From positions 558,001 to 622,000 of the forward strand of contig NEEC01000016.1 in the NCBI GenBank assembly GCA_002189035.1: 64,000 nt of DNA. The letters are read 5' to 3'. The translations under genes were made by a program, and so were the position numbers. This DNA is from Utricularia gibba. Lineage: Eukaryota; Plantae; Magnoliophyta. Under the pieces are notes generated by a model that searched no databases, was not told the origin of the DNA, and saw nothing but the letters and a program-made list of their open reading frames with translations. How positions within the stretch are numbered: position 1 is the first letter of the stretch; each line of letters begins with the position of its first letter. Shown piece by piece: positions 47,991-61,064 of this stretch.

Positions 47991-48802
47991 TTAAAATGCG
48001 CCCACTATACAAAATATAAGATATAATTAATATTTTATATTATTTATCCATAAATCTTTATTTTGATAATAATTTTATTTTATCAAATAATTTAATTTTA
48101 TTTTAGAAAAGGTATCCTAAGAAAGAGTAAATTTTTTTTAAATGACAATTTAAAGTTATAATCCAAATAATCCCACTCAGTTAATTTAATATAATTATAT
48201 TCATATATTAAACACATTTTAAATATTTATTATCTCAGACTTAAACTTTAAACAAGATACTTCCGGTTACATAATTTTCTTTATACGTTAGGATTTGGAT
48301 AATTATTTTTATTTACTTTTTTTTAGGAAAAATCCAGTTTTATTATTCATTTTTTAAGGATTTTTTTATTTTTTAATATTAGGTGTATTTTCTGAATCCC
48401 GTATACATTCTCCCCTCTTCTCAGACGAAGGGAACGCGCTCTCTCGTGAGGGCACGTTAAACCGCCATCGCGCTGTGGCCCCTTTGTATTCCTCGGTATT
48501 GCGGAGTACAAATCGAGCAGGTATTCGTCTAGATTTTTTCGATATCGCGTAAAATTGTAAATCTTTAACTACTCAATTGTGAGTATCTGCTACGGTTTCT
48601 TTCAAGCTTTTGTTCATCTTCGTGCTTGTGTCAGTTGTTGTCTCAATTTTTTGAATTGGCTGTTTTGTGCCGCACTGCTGTTAATTTTGATGTTTTCAGG
48701 GGATCTGTGGAGGGAAAGATTTGATTTTGGTGGATTGGATTAACGTGGAGGGAGACGGTTTGGAACCGCTGTTCCGGTTGGTGTTTGGGTTCACGGTTGG
48801 AA

Positions 48803-51800
48803 ATGGCCAATAATGGGCCTAAGTTTGTGTCTGTGAATTTGAATAAGTCGTATGGGCAGCAGCATCATTTGCAGCATTATAATGGTGGACAGGTTACTGG
48901 AGCTGGACGAGGTCGATCAGTTGGTGGGAGTTCTGGAGGAATGGTGGTCTTATCTCGTAATAGGGGAATGGCACCTAAGGTTGTTCCGAAACTATCGATT
49001 CCAGCCCCTTGAATTTGCCATCCTTGAGAAAGGAACATGAGAAGTATGATATGTTGGGTTCGGGTGGATCAGGTGTTGGTGGTGGTAATAGTGGTGGATC
49101 ACGACCTACTTCAGCCGGTGTGGGATGGACAAAGCCGACTGCTACCATAAGCGAGAAGAACACCAGTGGTATTGATACCCCTGGGGCACATGTAGTGGAT
49201 ACCATGGTTGATGCTGGTGTGACAGCTGGTTCTTATATGCCACCATCCGCACGCACTGGTGCTATTGGGGTCACGGCATCTGTTTTTCGGGATATTCCTC
49301 ACTCTGCAGACAAAGCCGTGGTTTTAAGAGGCGAAGATTTCCCAACTCTACAGGCTGCAAGGCCTGTCTCTTCTGGTACAAGTCAGAAGCAGATGTACCT
49401 GAAGCAAAAGTATGTTGAGAATGGGGACTTGAATGTGCGTAGAAAAGGCAGTTCTGATGCACAGCAGCCAGGTCTGGTCTCAATGGGAAAGGGGGGAAGC
49501 AAGGTTACGGAAGATCATGATGGTCAAGTGACTGGTCCGATGAAGAATGGGGAGTACATTCCTGATCCATTGCCATTGGTTCGCATGACTCCACGATCTG
49601 ACTGGACAGACGATGAGCGTGATACGGGCCATGGATTTGTGGAGCATGAAAGAGCAACTGGTGCTCAGAAAAGTGAAAATTACTGGGACAGAGATTTGGA
49701 TTTCCCAAGATCCAGTTTTCTGCCTTACAAGCCAATTCATAGACAGTATGAAAAACGTGGTAGAGACATTGAAACTGGGAATGGTTTTCCCAGTGAAGTG
49801 CATAAAATTGGTGCATATAAAAACTATTCAAATGAAGTGAATCAGGAAGGAAGGGAGGTGGAAAAATGGAGAACAGCGTCACTAGCCAGAAATGGCTCTC
49901 AGGAAAGTGGGAATTATAGAGTTGATCTTCAAGGAAAGGTAAATGCTCCTGGTAACATTTTGAAGGAGAACAAGTACATCCCTCCACACCATGGAGACAC
50001 TGGTCGAAATGGCAATGGCAACAGGGAGCCCTTTTTTGGCAGGAGGGATTTGAACATCATAGGAAAGCAGCATCCAATTAATTCAAGTGAATCTTTTAAT
50101 AACCAACGCACTGACCACATTCGCCGAGACCAGCAGCTATCTGATCACTATTCTAGATTCAGAGGTGATAGTCATCAGAATAATGCATTTTCTAAACTTT
50201 TAGTTGGTTCCAGTGGGAAACCTGGGCCGATGGCTGATCCAACAATGACCGTGGGTCGGGACAAGAAATATTTGAGAAGCGATAAGCTCATTTCAGAGGG
50301 AAAGCCCCCACTGAGGGACATTAGTGCTTCAGTTTTTGATGAGAAGGATCTCTTTTCTGGGGATGTTGTTGGGATCATCAAGAGAAAAAAAGATGCTGCA
50401 AAAATTGCTGATATACATGATCCAGTTCGGGAGTCTTTTGAGGCTGAGCTTGAAAGAGTTCAGAAGATGCAAGAGGTTGAACGTCAGATGATTATTGAAG
50501 AACAAGAAAGAGCTTTGATGCAAGCTCAAAGGGAAAAAGAGGAAAGAGAAAAAAGGATTCTCGAAGAGAGAAGGCTGGAAGAGGAAGCACAAGAAGCCGC
50601 ATGGAGGGCAGAACAGGAACAGCTTGAGGCTACTCGCCGAGCTGAGGAGCAGAGAATTGCCAGGGAAGAAGAAAGGAAAAGAATTCAACTGGAAGAAGAA
50701 AGGCGAAAACAAGCTGCAAAACAGAAACTTTTGGAAGTGGAGGCTAGGATGGCAAGGCGGCAGGCTGAGGCTGAGGCTGTCAAAAATGATGCTTCTGCAC
50801 CTAACAGGGGTATTTATGAGAAACTGGATGTGGAAGCAAAGGAAAATTATACTTCCAGGAAATTAGATATGGATAGCTGTGAAAATGGCAAGAGAGCGGT
50901 GGAGAATGCCAAAATTTCAGGTTCTTTTGATTTATCTATCAGCAATAGGCCTGAAATAACTGTGAAAACATATCCTCGTAGAGAAGATTCCTCAAACTTC
51001 CTTGAGAGAGGAAAAGCTAGTAGTTCTTGGAGAAAGGAGGTAAGTGAAAAGGATGGTATTTTTCCGTCTCCATTCTCAAATCAGGACACTGTTCATTCTC
51101 GTTCAAGGTATGATATTCATGTCAGCAGTAAACCACCTCCTAGGAAAGAGTTACATGGAGGAACTGAGTACATACCTAACAGGGACTTGTCCAAGGATGG
51201 GGAGAACGAGTCATCACCTGTTGATTTTGGGTTCAAGGACCACAGGTGGAATCTTGCTGGGAATATGGACTCATATGCAAAGCGTAAGTTGGAAGATTCT
51301 GAAATACATGGCGATGTTGCTGATAAGTATGGAGATAATGGACGTGGCCTTCAAAACTCTAGGGGATATACTCAGCCCACTTATTCAGATCACATGTATT
51401 TCACTCCTGAAGCAAATGACACTTATTTTTCTGGGAGGTCAAGGTATTCTCTGAGGCAACCCCGTGTCCTTCCTCCTCCATCACTTGCACATGCTCAAAG
51501 GGCTGCATCTGTCCATGCTGAGAATTCTGGCCAAGCCACCTTTTTAGATAGTGGTATTCATCTTACACATGAAGCTAGAACTGACAGAGGTGATGCGAGA
51601 GCTTATATTGATCACAGGCAGCATATCTTTGACCCATCTGATGCGTATAGGTTGGAGCACGATAATGTTACTTCTGGTGGTCAGAAATTGGAAAATGAGT
51701 CTGGATGTGATTCACAATCTTCACTGTCTGTTTCTAGCGCCCCTGCTTCTCCACCTCATCTTTCCCATGATGAACTCGATGTATATGAGGATTCATATGT

Positions 51801-54800
51801 ACGTTCCTCAGCAGAAATTGAAGGGAGCTTACTAAGGAGTGATTCTGTTATTTGCAATAGCGATAATGGCAACAGTGCTGCTGTTATTGATTCAGACTCT
51901 CCTTGTGGGGTGGAGGATGAAGAGTGGACCCCGAACATGATTATGCAATGCAGCAGCAAGAAGAATATGATGAAGATGAAACATGTCATCGAGAAAATGA
52001 TGACCTGCGTTATGCTGATGAAAGTACTGAAATCCAAAAGTTTGGACTAACACATGTGGAAAAAGAGTTACCTGATATACAGAACAATGTGGTGTTGGGC
52101 TTTGATGAGGGGGTGGAAGTTGATATACCAAATGATGATTTTGACAATATACTTGAGTCACAAGAAAGGTTAGTTGGTGTTGCTGGAAATTCATTTCATG
52201 AAAGTGGGTCAATTAATGCCTTGTCTTCGGAGGGAAAGGGTCTCCTGTCTACATGTGATTCTCAAAAGAAGAGTGCTGGTAGCTCTTCTGGAATGCTGAC
52301 AGAAATATATGCACTGGATTGTTCTAGACCACAGATCAGCACTGCATATTCGTCTCCAGCCACTAATCACATAGATTGTGTTGATTTCTCGAATTTTTCT
52401 GTTTTTAATGGCCAAAGGAGGGCCTCACCTTCTGTTGATGTTAAGAGTGGCATTAACAGAACCCAAAATATCTCATCTTTGACCAACACGGAGACTCAGG
52501 TGGGTTTACCTGTAAAGCTTCAGTTTGGGCTCTTTTCAGGCACTCCAATTCCATCTCCATTACCTGCTATACAAATTGGTTCAATACAAATGCCTCTTCA
52601 TACTCATTCACCTGTCGTTTCGTCCACCACTCCTACGATTCCATCACAAACTCCAATTTTCCAATTTGGCCAGCTTCAACATTCATCTTCTCCTTCACAG
52701 GGAATTTTGTCCTTAGCCCCTCAGTTGATTCCTTCTGTTCAGCCTAATGCAGTGGGTCATCTGAATCATGATCCAGGGGCATTATTGACTCATGAATCTG
52801 GTCATGATGCCTCTACACACAAGGTAGCCAGAGATATACGGTCATCTGTTTCTTTAAGTGATCAGCAAGGTTTTGCTTCTGCTTCAACTGCAAGGACAGG
52901 TCCGAATGGCATTGATGATAATCCTCTCGTCAATTCATCTTCTTCCATCACCTCCTGGCCAGATGATAAGAAATTATCAGGAACTGAGTTTGTAGTTAAA
53001 GAGACATTAGAGCAAGATGCTGCTTCAGAGAATATTCTACCTCTAGCAAGGACGAGAAAACATGAATCTCATTTGTCAAGTGCACAGCCAGCTATGCAGT
53101 CTGGAATGAGAAGATATAGGCACGTGTCTGGGGCAGGGGAAGGAGATTTATGTATGCGATAAAAAATGGACATACAAGGTCATCTAAGGATGATTACATT
53201 ATACCAGAAGACACATATGAGCTCCAAAGAAGACCTAGGATGACTGTGCAGAGAAGAGAATACCGTATCCGTGAAAAAAATGAGAGGAAGCCAGCCGAAC
53301 AGTTGATTCATTCTAATGGTGCAGCGCTTGATGGTAACCCAAATTATATGGAAAAGCCAAGCGCAGCGTTTAGAAGCGGTGGCTTAAAGAGGACTGTTAT
53401 TTCTAAGAGGATAATGAAGCAGAAAACTGAAATCCGGTCATCTTCTGGAAGCATTGTTTCACAGAAGCTAAATTCTGAGGATGGAGCAGTGAAAGAAACC
53501 CAAAAAGATTTCTCTGCAAAGATTCAAAATGCATCACAATTTGCAGGGGTGAACCTGATACAAAATGCGTCAGAGGATGTTGATGCTCCGCTACAGAGTG
53601 GCATTGTGAGAGTATTTAAACAACCAGGTATTGAATGCCCCAGTGATGAAGATGATTTTATTGAAGTCCGGTCAAAGAGGCAAATGCTGAATGATCGGCG
53701 AGAGCAGAGGGAAAAAGAAATCAAAGCAAAATCACTCATCACCAAGGTATCTATTTTTTTTAGCAATGTACTTGGTAATTTGATGTGATCTGTGGATATC
53801 AATCACTCTCTTTTGTTTTTATTATGGCAGCCAATGCGCAAATCACATGCTTTTAGGCAGAAGGACGCTGCCCCTAGAAGTCAAGGGGAAGTGCCTGCCC
53901 AATTGAGTGGTGAGGACTTCTAACCGATACCAATTAACAACAAACTAAGCCAATAACACACCTAGGACCCAGCCAACTTCTAACAGAATCTTTCTTTATT
54001 TAAGAACTTTTACTTGACTAATTGCGCTGTATCTTCAGGGCATACAGCACAGGTTACATTGCCTGCTGGTGCTGTTGCAGCTTCCCAGCCTCCAACTGCT
54101 AAATTTCAAGACAATTCTGAAACACAATCTATTAAGTGCGTGACCAACAAACATCTTCACATTTTGAACCTATTTTCATAATGACATGATATAGTATTAA
54201 CAGTATTGTTGAATATTGCAGGCCTTCTCATTCAAGTCCTGTGTCTCTTTTTTCATGTGGTGGAGCAGAACATGATCATGTCCAAATGCCTGACACCCAA
54301 AATACGGTAAGAAAGCTATTTATATTTTTAGTGAATAATGGAATGATTGATACAGAATTGCATGGTTGAGAAAAATCAAAATTCTTGATAACTGGCGTAA
54401 AAGTTGCACGTGATGGACAGTCTTCTCTGCTTTAGGAACATTTTGTGATCGACTGATGCACTAGTTGTGCTAGATATTTGCTTTTGCCCATGTTTGCAAT
54501 ACTCATAATTCTAAACAACTTCAGAGGGCCTGAATGTTTTGGAATTCCAAGAGAGACTGAGGATGTTTGTATTTTGTGGTAGGCAATGTCTACCAGTCAC
54601 AATCATATTGATGAGGCTATGAGACCTGTTAAGCATGATTATCATGTCTCAACTATTGGAGGTCATCCAAACACAGTGGATGATGCACTCTTGGAGCTTC
54701 CATTGTCATCTAGAGCACATGTCAAAACATTTTCTGGATCAAGTTCAATTAAGATGGTGTCTGGAGAGAAGATTCAATTCGGTGAGCGCGTATCTCCATA

Positions 54801-56708
54801 AACGAAGTTCTTATAAATTACAGGCTGCAGTGGGGTTTATTTTTTTTTATCTTGTTCACAGGTGCTCTTACGTCCCCGGTGGTCCTCCCTCCTAGTAGTC
54901 ATGTCATGCCACATGGAATTGGTGTTCCAGGTTTAAGTCAAGGAGATAGTAGCATTTCCCAACCTTTTCCTGTAATTGTCAATGAGAGTTCTAGTTGCTA
55001 TGAGAAAGACAAGCATTTGAGTGCCTCCCATGCTCCTGAGCAAGATTCTGAGAGTGTTGATGCTGCTGCTGCTGGCAACAGCAAGCTGGTTATGAGCGAC
55101 CTGACCTCAGCTAATGACACCAATGTCTTCGGTAGTCCCAACATCAGCCACTGTGGAACTGGTAACAACTGTTAATTCTTCCACAATGTAGTTGAATGAA
55201 AAGCTGTGTTGCATTAACGTTCTACAGTATGACCTATATGTTATTTTTCACAGGAGTGGATGGCGATCAGAAATCTCCGAGTCAGCCAAGGGTCGATGAG
55301 TTCAGTGTAACACTTCCAGAAGATTTATCTGTTGAGACAACACCAATTTCGTTATGGCCTCCATTACCCAGCCCCCAGAGTTCTTCTGGGCATATGCCTT
55401 CGCATTTTACATCTAGTCCACATACCCGTTTCCCTTTCTATGACACGAACCCAATATTAGGGGGCCCTATTTTTGCCTTAAGCCATGCCGAAGAGTCATC
55501 TGGTGCACAACCACAACCTCAAAAAAACACCACATCTGGTCCTGGACCTCTTGGAAGTTGGCAGCACCACCATTCCAGTGTTGACCCCTTCTATGTTCAT
55601 CCAGGATATTCTGGCCCATTCATTGCTCCTCCGGGCTGCATTCCTGGGGTTCAGGGGGCTCCCATGGTTGTCTACAATCATTTTCCTCCTGTTGGACAAT
55701 ATGGCCACCAGCTTGGCGTGGGTTTCATGAATGGTTCCACATATACCCCACCTGGGAAGCAACTTGACTGGAAAAATTTGGCAATTTCTTCGGGTGATGG
55801 TGATGCCAAGAATGTGGATGTCGCTAACATGCAAAAAAATGCTTCGAGCATGGCGCCTCTCTTTCAGCATCTTTCCCATGGATCCCCACTCTTGCCAGGG
55901 TCGTCCACAGTTCCTGTATTTGATAAGTCTCCATTCCAGGTATTCCCATGATTTCATTTTTATTTGCCATTCTTTTATTATTTTTATGCGTTATGCAATC
56001 TGGAAAATTTATGTTCTTTTTGTAATGAAGTTGGTACCATGGATCTTCACCGTCTAGCTTACATCTTCGTATTGCATCATGCTTATAGCTTAGCCTCTTA
56101 TCCTCCAGAATCCCGCTGACTTGACTGGCCAAGCGTGTTTGGCCCCTCTTCACTCAACTCCCATCTTTCGACCTTTGCAGTCACAAGATGGAAGCGCGCT
56201 GCATTCCCAAGTTACTCATGGGCATTCTATTGACCAATCAGTAACCGCCCACAGGCTCGCTGAATCACGGGTTGTAACAACTTCGGATACCAGCACAAGT
56301 TTTGCTGTAGCCAAGGATGCAAATATTGGAGGCGTGCCAGACCCATCACTGGAAGCCAGTGCAGCTCCACCAGTTCAGAATAATAATGTTCAGAGCTCAT
56401 CAGTGACTGCAGATGATGAATCCCCAAAGGTCAACAGAACCGAAAATGATAAGAAGCATACCTTTGGTTCCTTGAAGGCCCAAAGATACTCCCAAAAGAA
56501 TGCTCCACCCCAACATGGCAATCCTTCTTCATCTGGCTATAATTATCACGGAGGGGGCATGGCTCAGAGGAACAACCAAGGAAATGAGTGGTCTCGACGA
56601 CGGGCCGGTTTTCGTGGAAGGAATCAGCCTTCTTCTGTTGCGGAGAGGGGCTTTCCTGGTGTGAAGGCAAGACAAGTATATGTGGCCAAGCAGACACCCT
56701 CAACATGA
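48803..56708 (+). CDS. Very large low-complexity protein with PRRC2/BAT2-N-like N-terminus (At3g50370-like); three 1-nt frameshifts
   Basis: KFVSVNLNKSYG and P(A)PLNLPSLRKEH; PLPLVRMTPRSDWTDDERDTG; DPVRESFEAELERVQKMQE coiled coil; KLQFGLFSGTPIPSP; DAPLQSGIVRVFKQPGIECPSDEDDFIEVRSKRQML; KARQVYVAKQ C-terminus. Confidence 0.85.
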
Positions 56709-57313
56709 TTACTGCAGATCTGATGCTGAGTGTTTGGTGGAGTACAAGCATCCAAAGAGTGAGTACTTTTTCCCCCTCTGGCTTTGCGTTTGCGAGGCAA
56801 TGATTTATTGCAGGAATCGCTCGGGGGCGACTCTTGACGCTCCCCCTTCCCCTCCCCCCTCCCCTGTTTTGTTCAATTCCATTTGTTGGATTATTATGTT
56901 AGTTTGGGACGACATATGGTTGAGGGCAATTCATGCATCAATTTTGTTTCTCAGTCTAATACAAAGTGTGAATTACTCAGTGTTAATTACTTTTCCTTTT
57001 GCCAAGTTATTCAGTATGTAGCATCTACATGTTGTGAAAGAATGTGTTTTGAAATCCTAAAAAAATCGTAACTTTTTTCCTCGTATGGGAGGCCAGGCTG
57101 GGCGGTGCAGCCAGGGCCTCTCCACAGAACATCCGGCTGTGCTAGACCACAGGTCGGTCTGCTACAGGCAGGCTGGCACACGTCTTTGAAAAATTGGCTC
57201 TTCCATGCAAGCCAGGCAGACCATGGAATAGCTCGCTGGGCCTGTTTTCCCCCCTTTGAAAGCTCATGTTTCAGCCAAATTTGAAGTAGTGTCTGGCATT
57301 CTCCCATCAGATC

Positions 57314-60259
57314 TCAGGCATTCCCTACAAGAGAACTGATGCCAGGATCTTTGCGGAGCTGCTTCTGTTGCATCACCGATCTCAAGTTTGTGGCATCGGC
57401 CCATTTTCCGGCTGCTTCATAGATATTCTGAAGAATAACATACGGTGTGGGATCATTAACATTCACTTCCAGCATCCATTTCCCAATCTCCTGACCAAGG
57501 GAGATGAATCCATGAGATGAACAAGCGCCCAACAAGTTTTCAAGGAGGCGGTCACAAGGCTGCAGTTGATGCATCCTTTGCACACAGTCGTATGCCTCCT
57601 CTATGTGGCCAAGGCGGCCGAGGAGATCAACCATGCAAGCGTAGTGCTCCTTACCCGGAATTATACCATCCTTTATCATTGACTGGAAAGCCGTTTTCCC
57701 CTCTTCAATGAAACCAGCATGGCTGCAGGCTGATAGGATGCTGAGATACTGAACTCTATCAGGTTTGAAGCCCTGCTGCCTCATCTGGGAGTGAAGGTTT
57801 AAAGCAGCTTCACCATCACCATGCAATGCGTATGCATTTATGATCACACTCCAAGTTACAGAATCTCTAATCGGCAACCTTTCAAATAGCAATCTTGCAT
57901 CAGAGATGCTCCCACATTTTGCATATAGATCGATCAACATGTTGCCAACAGCTGTGTGATTTTCAAAGCCCTGTTTTGTCACATAAGCCAAGACAGAGTT
58001 TGAGAGAAGCAAGTTCTTGAGGAGGGCACTAGCAGAGATAAGGTTCAGGGCTGTGACAAAGTCAGGCTCCAGTTCATTATGAAGCATACCACGGAAAAAG
58101 GAAAATGCTCTAGTTCCATCGTTTGAATGTAAACATGCAGACATAACGGTGTTCCACAAAGAAGTACTTGATTTCTCTCCAAGATGGAACAGCATCAAGC
58201 AGGATGAAAAATCTCCGAGTTTAGCATATGTGATCATCAGCGATGAGTGAAATTGAGTTTCCAATGAGACCATGCTTCGAAGGCCATAGGAATGAAAAGA
58301 CTTAACCTGAAGAAGCGTATGGCACGCAGGTAATGAGACCAGCAATGTGACAGAATTTGGTTTCTGATTCTCCTTCATCATACATTCAAACTTTTCAAGG
58401 GTCTCCTTTAGGAAGTTCCTACTTTGATAACCAAAGAGAATAGAATTCCATGAAACCGCATCTTTATTGGACATATCATTGAATAGTGATTCTGCGACTT
58501 GAAGTTCTCCAAAGGCAGAATACATGCTAATGAGCGCATTAGCTAAAGAATTATCCATGATCAGTGCAGTTCTGATAGCACGGCCATGAATGGCCAAACC
58601 AAGAGCCATATTTTGACACTGGAAACAAGATGGAAGTAAACTTATCATGGTAATCAAATCACAATTCACTTCCTCTTGAATCATCTGATGGAACAGAAGC
58701 TGAGCTTCATCAGGCTTTCCATTGATTAAACATCCTGATATCATGGTATTCCAGGAAACAACGTTTTTTAGAAGCATTCTGTCAAATATGGAGAAAGCAC
58801 AAGCCAATTCGCCTATGCGACAGTAAAATGCCAACAATGCATTAATCACATTGAGATTCGAGTAAATCCCATTTCTGATGCTAAAAGCATGCACAGATTT
58901 TCCCAGGAGACAGGCCTTTAACTCAGACAAAGAAGTAACAATGCTCAAGATAGAGACTGAATCTGGAATATGCCCGTCCATCTGCATGAAACTGAAAGCT
59001 TCCAACCCCTGTTCCCAGAGGCCATTGCAAGTATATGCTGACACCATCGAGTTCCATGTGAGGAGACTTCTTACTCGTAGACTGCAAAAAAGAAACTCGG
59101 AAGAGGCAATATCTCCCAATTTGGCATACACAGAAAGAAGAGCAGTAACAACTGAAGACGCATTTTGAACTCCATATTTAACTACTTGGGCATGAACAGA
59201 TTCAACATATCCAACACTATCCAGATCATCTAGAGAAGGAATAAAAGATACGAACGTCACCATATTTGGCTTTGCATCAGCAAGCAACATCGCCTTAAAC
59301 ACTAGAGCAGCATCCGTGGGTTTATTATTTCTTGTGTAAGCGGATATTATGGCATTCCAAGTGGCAACATTTCTTCTTGTTGATGCATCAGATAGAGCTC
59401 TCACTGCTGAAAGATCGCCAACACTAGCATACATGGAAACCAAACCAGGTACAATATATTCCATTTCACTGCATCCAAGTTTATAAGAAAGTCCATGAAG
59501 CGAGTGACCGTAGTGTTCAATTCCAGATCGAGAACATGCGGGAAACAGACTTGCTAGAGTGCTGGCATTGGGATTAACGCTAACGATTCGCATTTCCTTG
59601 AAAACCCAAAGAGTCTCACAAACAAGGCCGTTAGCAGAATATCCAGATATCAAAGCATTCCAAACAACCACATCTGGTTCAAGAATTTCGTCAAGCAGTT
59701 TACGGGCATCCTCCATTTCACCAACATTGGCGTAAAAATGAAGAAGGCCAGTTTGGACGACCATATTGGATCCAAAACCACTCCTTAAGACCATAGAATG
59801 TATGATCTCACCCCAACCGATATCACCCAAAGCTGCACACGCCTTGATCACGAAGGGGAATGTATAATTATCAGGGAAGAACCCATAATTATGAAACTTA
59901 CTATAAACAAAGATCACATCTTCAAACAACCCCACGTCGCAAAGGCTTTTGATAATCGAATTTTTCAAGTAAAAACTCGGGTTTTCCACAACCTTGAAGA
60001 CCGGAAGTGCCAAACCAGGGAACCCCATTCGACAACATCTGCTGATGAACTGTTCGACTAAATGCCGATACCCCAATAGACCATACACTATCAGGAGAGA
60101 GTTCCATGCCCTCAACTCTCCGCTTTTGGAGCAAAGTGGCAACAGGGAGAGCGCAGAATCGGCCGAATGGAGCTTGCAATGAACTCCGCGTCGTTGAAAA
60201 CGAGCACTCGACAGCAAAAATTTCCGTAAACAAATAAGCGACGATAGACACATCTTCAT
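57314..60259 (-). CDS. PLS-class PPR protein with E extension, no DYW; single exon
   Basis: Repeated P/L/S motifs (PDVVVWNALISGY, VVSWNTMISG, RDSVTWSVIINAYALHG), HYACMVDLLGR, E-type YVILQNIYEAAGKW, ending KDPGISSLV. First in-frame ATG is 60259. Confidence 0.92.
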   Translation of the reverse strand: MKMCLSSLICLRKFLLSSARFQRRGVHCKLHSADSALSLLPLCSKSGELRAWNSLLIVYGLLGYRHLVEQFISRCCRMGFPGLALPVFKVVENPSFYLKNSIIKSLCDVGLFEDVIFVYSKFHNYGFFPDNYTFPFVIKACAALGDIGWGEIIHSMVLRSGFGSNMVVQTGLLHFYANVGEMEDARKLLDEILEPDVVVWNALISGYSANGLVCETLWVFKEMRIVSVNPNASTLASLFPACSRSGIEHYGHSLHGLSYKLGCSEMEYIVPGLVSMYASVGDLSAVRALSDASTRRNVATWNAIISAYTRNNKPTDAALVFKAMLLADAKPNMVTFVSFIPSLDDLDSVGYVESVHAQVVKYGVQNASSVVTALLSVYAKLGDIASSEFLFCSLRVRSLLTWNSMVSAYTCNGLWEQGLEAFSFMQMDGHIPDSVSILSIVTSLSELKACLLGKSVHAFSIRNGIYSNLNVINALLAFYCRIGELACAFSIFDRMLLKNVVSWNTMISGCLINGKPDEAQLLFHQMIQEEVNCDLITMISLLPSCFQCQNMALGLAIHGRAIRTALIMDNSLANALISMYSAFGELQVAESLFNDMSNKDAVSWNSILFGYQSRNFLKETLEKFECMMKENQKPNSVTLLVSLPACHTLLQVKSFHSYGLRSMVSLETQFHSSLMITYAKLGDFSSCLMLFHLGEKSSTSLWNTVMSACLHSNDGTRAFSFFRGMLHNELEPDFVTALNLISASALLKNLLLSNSVLAYVTKQGFENHTAVGNMLIDLYAKCGSISDARLLFERLPIRDSVTWSVIINAYALHGDGEAALNLHSQMRQQGFKPDRVQYLSILSACSHAGFIEEGKTAFQSMIKDGIIPGKEHYACMVDLLGRLGHIEEAYDCVQRMHQLQPCDRLLENLLGACSSHGFISLGQEIGKWMLEVNVNDPTPYVILQNIYEAAGKWADATNLRSVMQQKQLRKDPGISSLVGNA

Positions 60260-61064
60260 CGAAAACACAAGACATGGTTCGCATTCTTCCTGCGGAAGCT
60301 CTCGAGTCAAATCTCTTCCCCATTTTCACAAAAAGGGGCTGAAATTAGGGGTTTGGGTAATGGATTAATTAATATATTTTAATCTTTAATTACATTTAAT
60401 CATTTTAATATACAAAAAAAATCATATTTTAAATTGAATTAAATTTAATAGAGTCATAATTAAATCATTTTGAATCATGTATATTTATATAATTAATGAT
60501 TGATGATTTTTTGATTATTAAATAATTTAATAAAATAAAATAGTATATAAAAAGTAATTTAAGTTAAATAATATATGTTAATATTTAATTTAATGAAAAT
60601 AATATTTAATATATGTATTAATTATCAAAATAATTTTATTTTTATCATTTATTATAAAAATTAAATAATTTCATATAACCAAAATATAGTACTATCCTTT
60701 TTATTATCAAAAAAAGTATTCCAATTATCATTCTTACAACTACTTAATTATTAATGAGCTCCACCTTGTTTGTATACCTTGAGATGAGATGATGGCATTA
60801 AACAGCCACATGGTTCGTGGAATGAAATGCATTATTCAGTTGAAGGGGACCAGCTGGTGCCTGCCTATAATCGAGGCATGCCCTGCCCATTTTGATTCCA
60901 GGAATGGTGTCGCTGGAATAGTGTGTGTGAACATTGCTGAGCCATCAAGAATCTGAACACAATTCCAAGGGGCAATCCAGGAGTCACGTGGAGTGCTGGA
61001 CAAAAACAGAAACGACCCCATTCCTTCTCCCACATATCCCTTTCTCTGTTCCCCCCTTCCGTCG

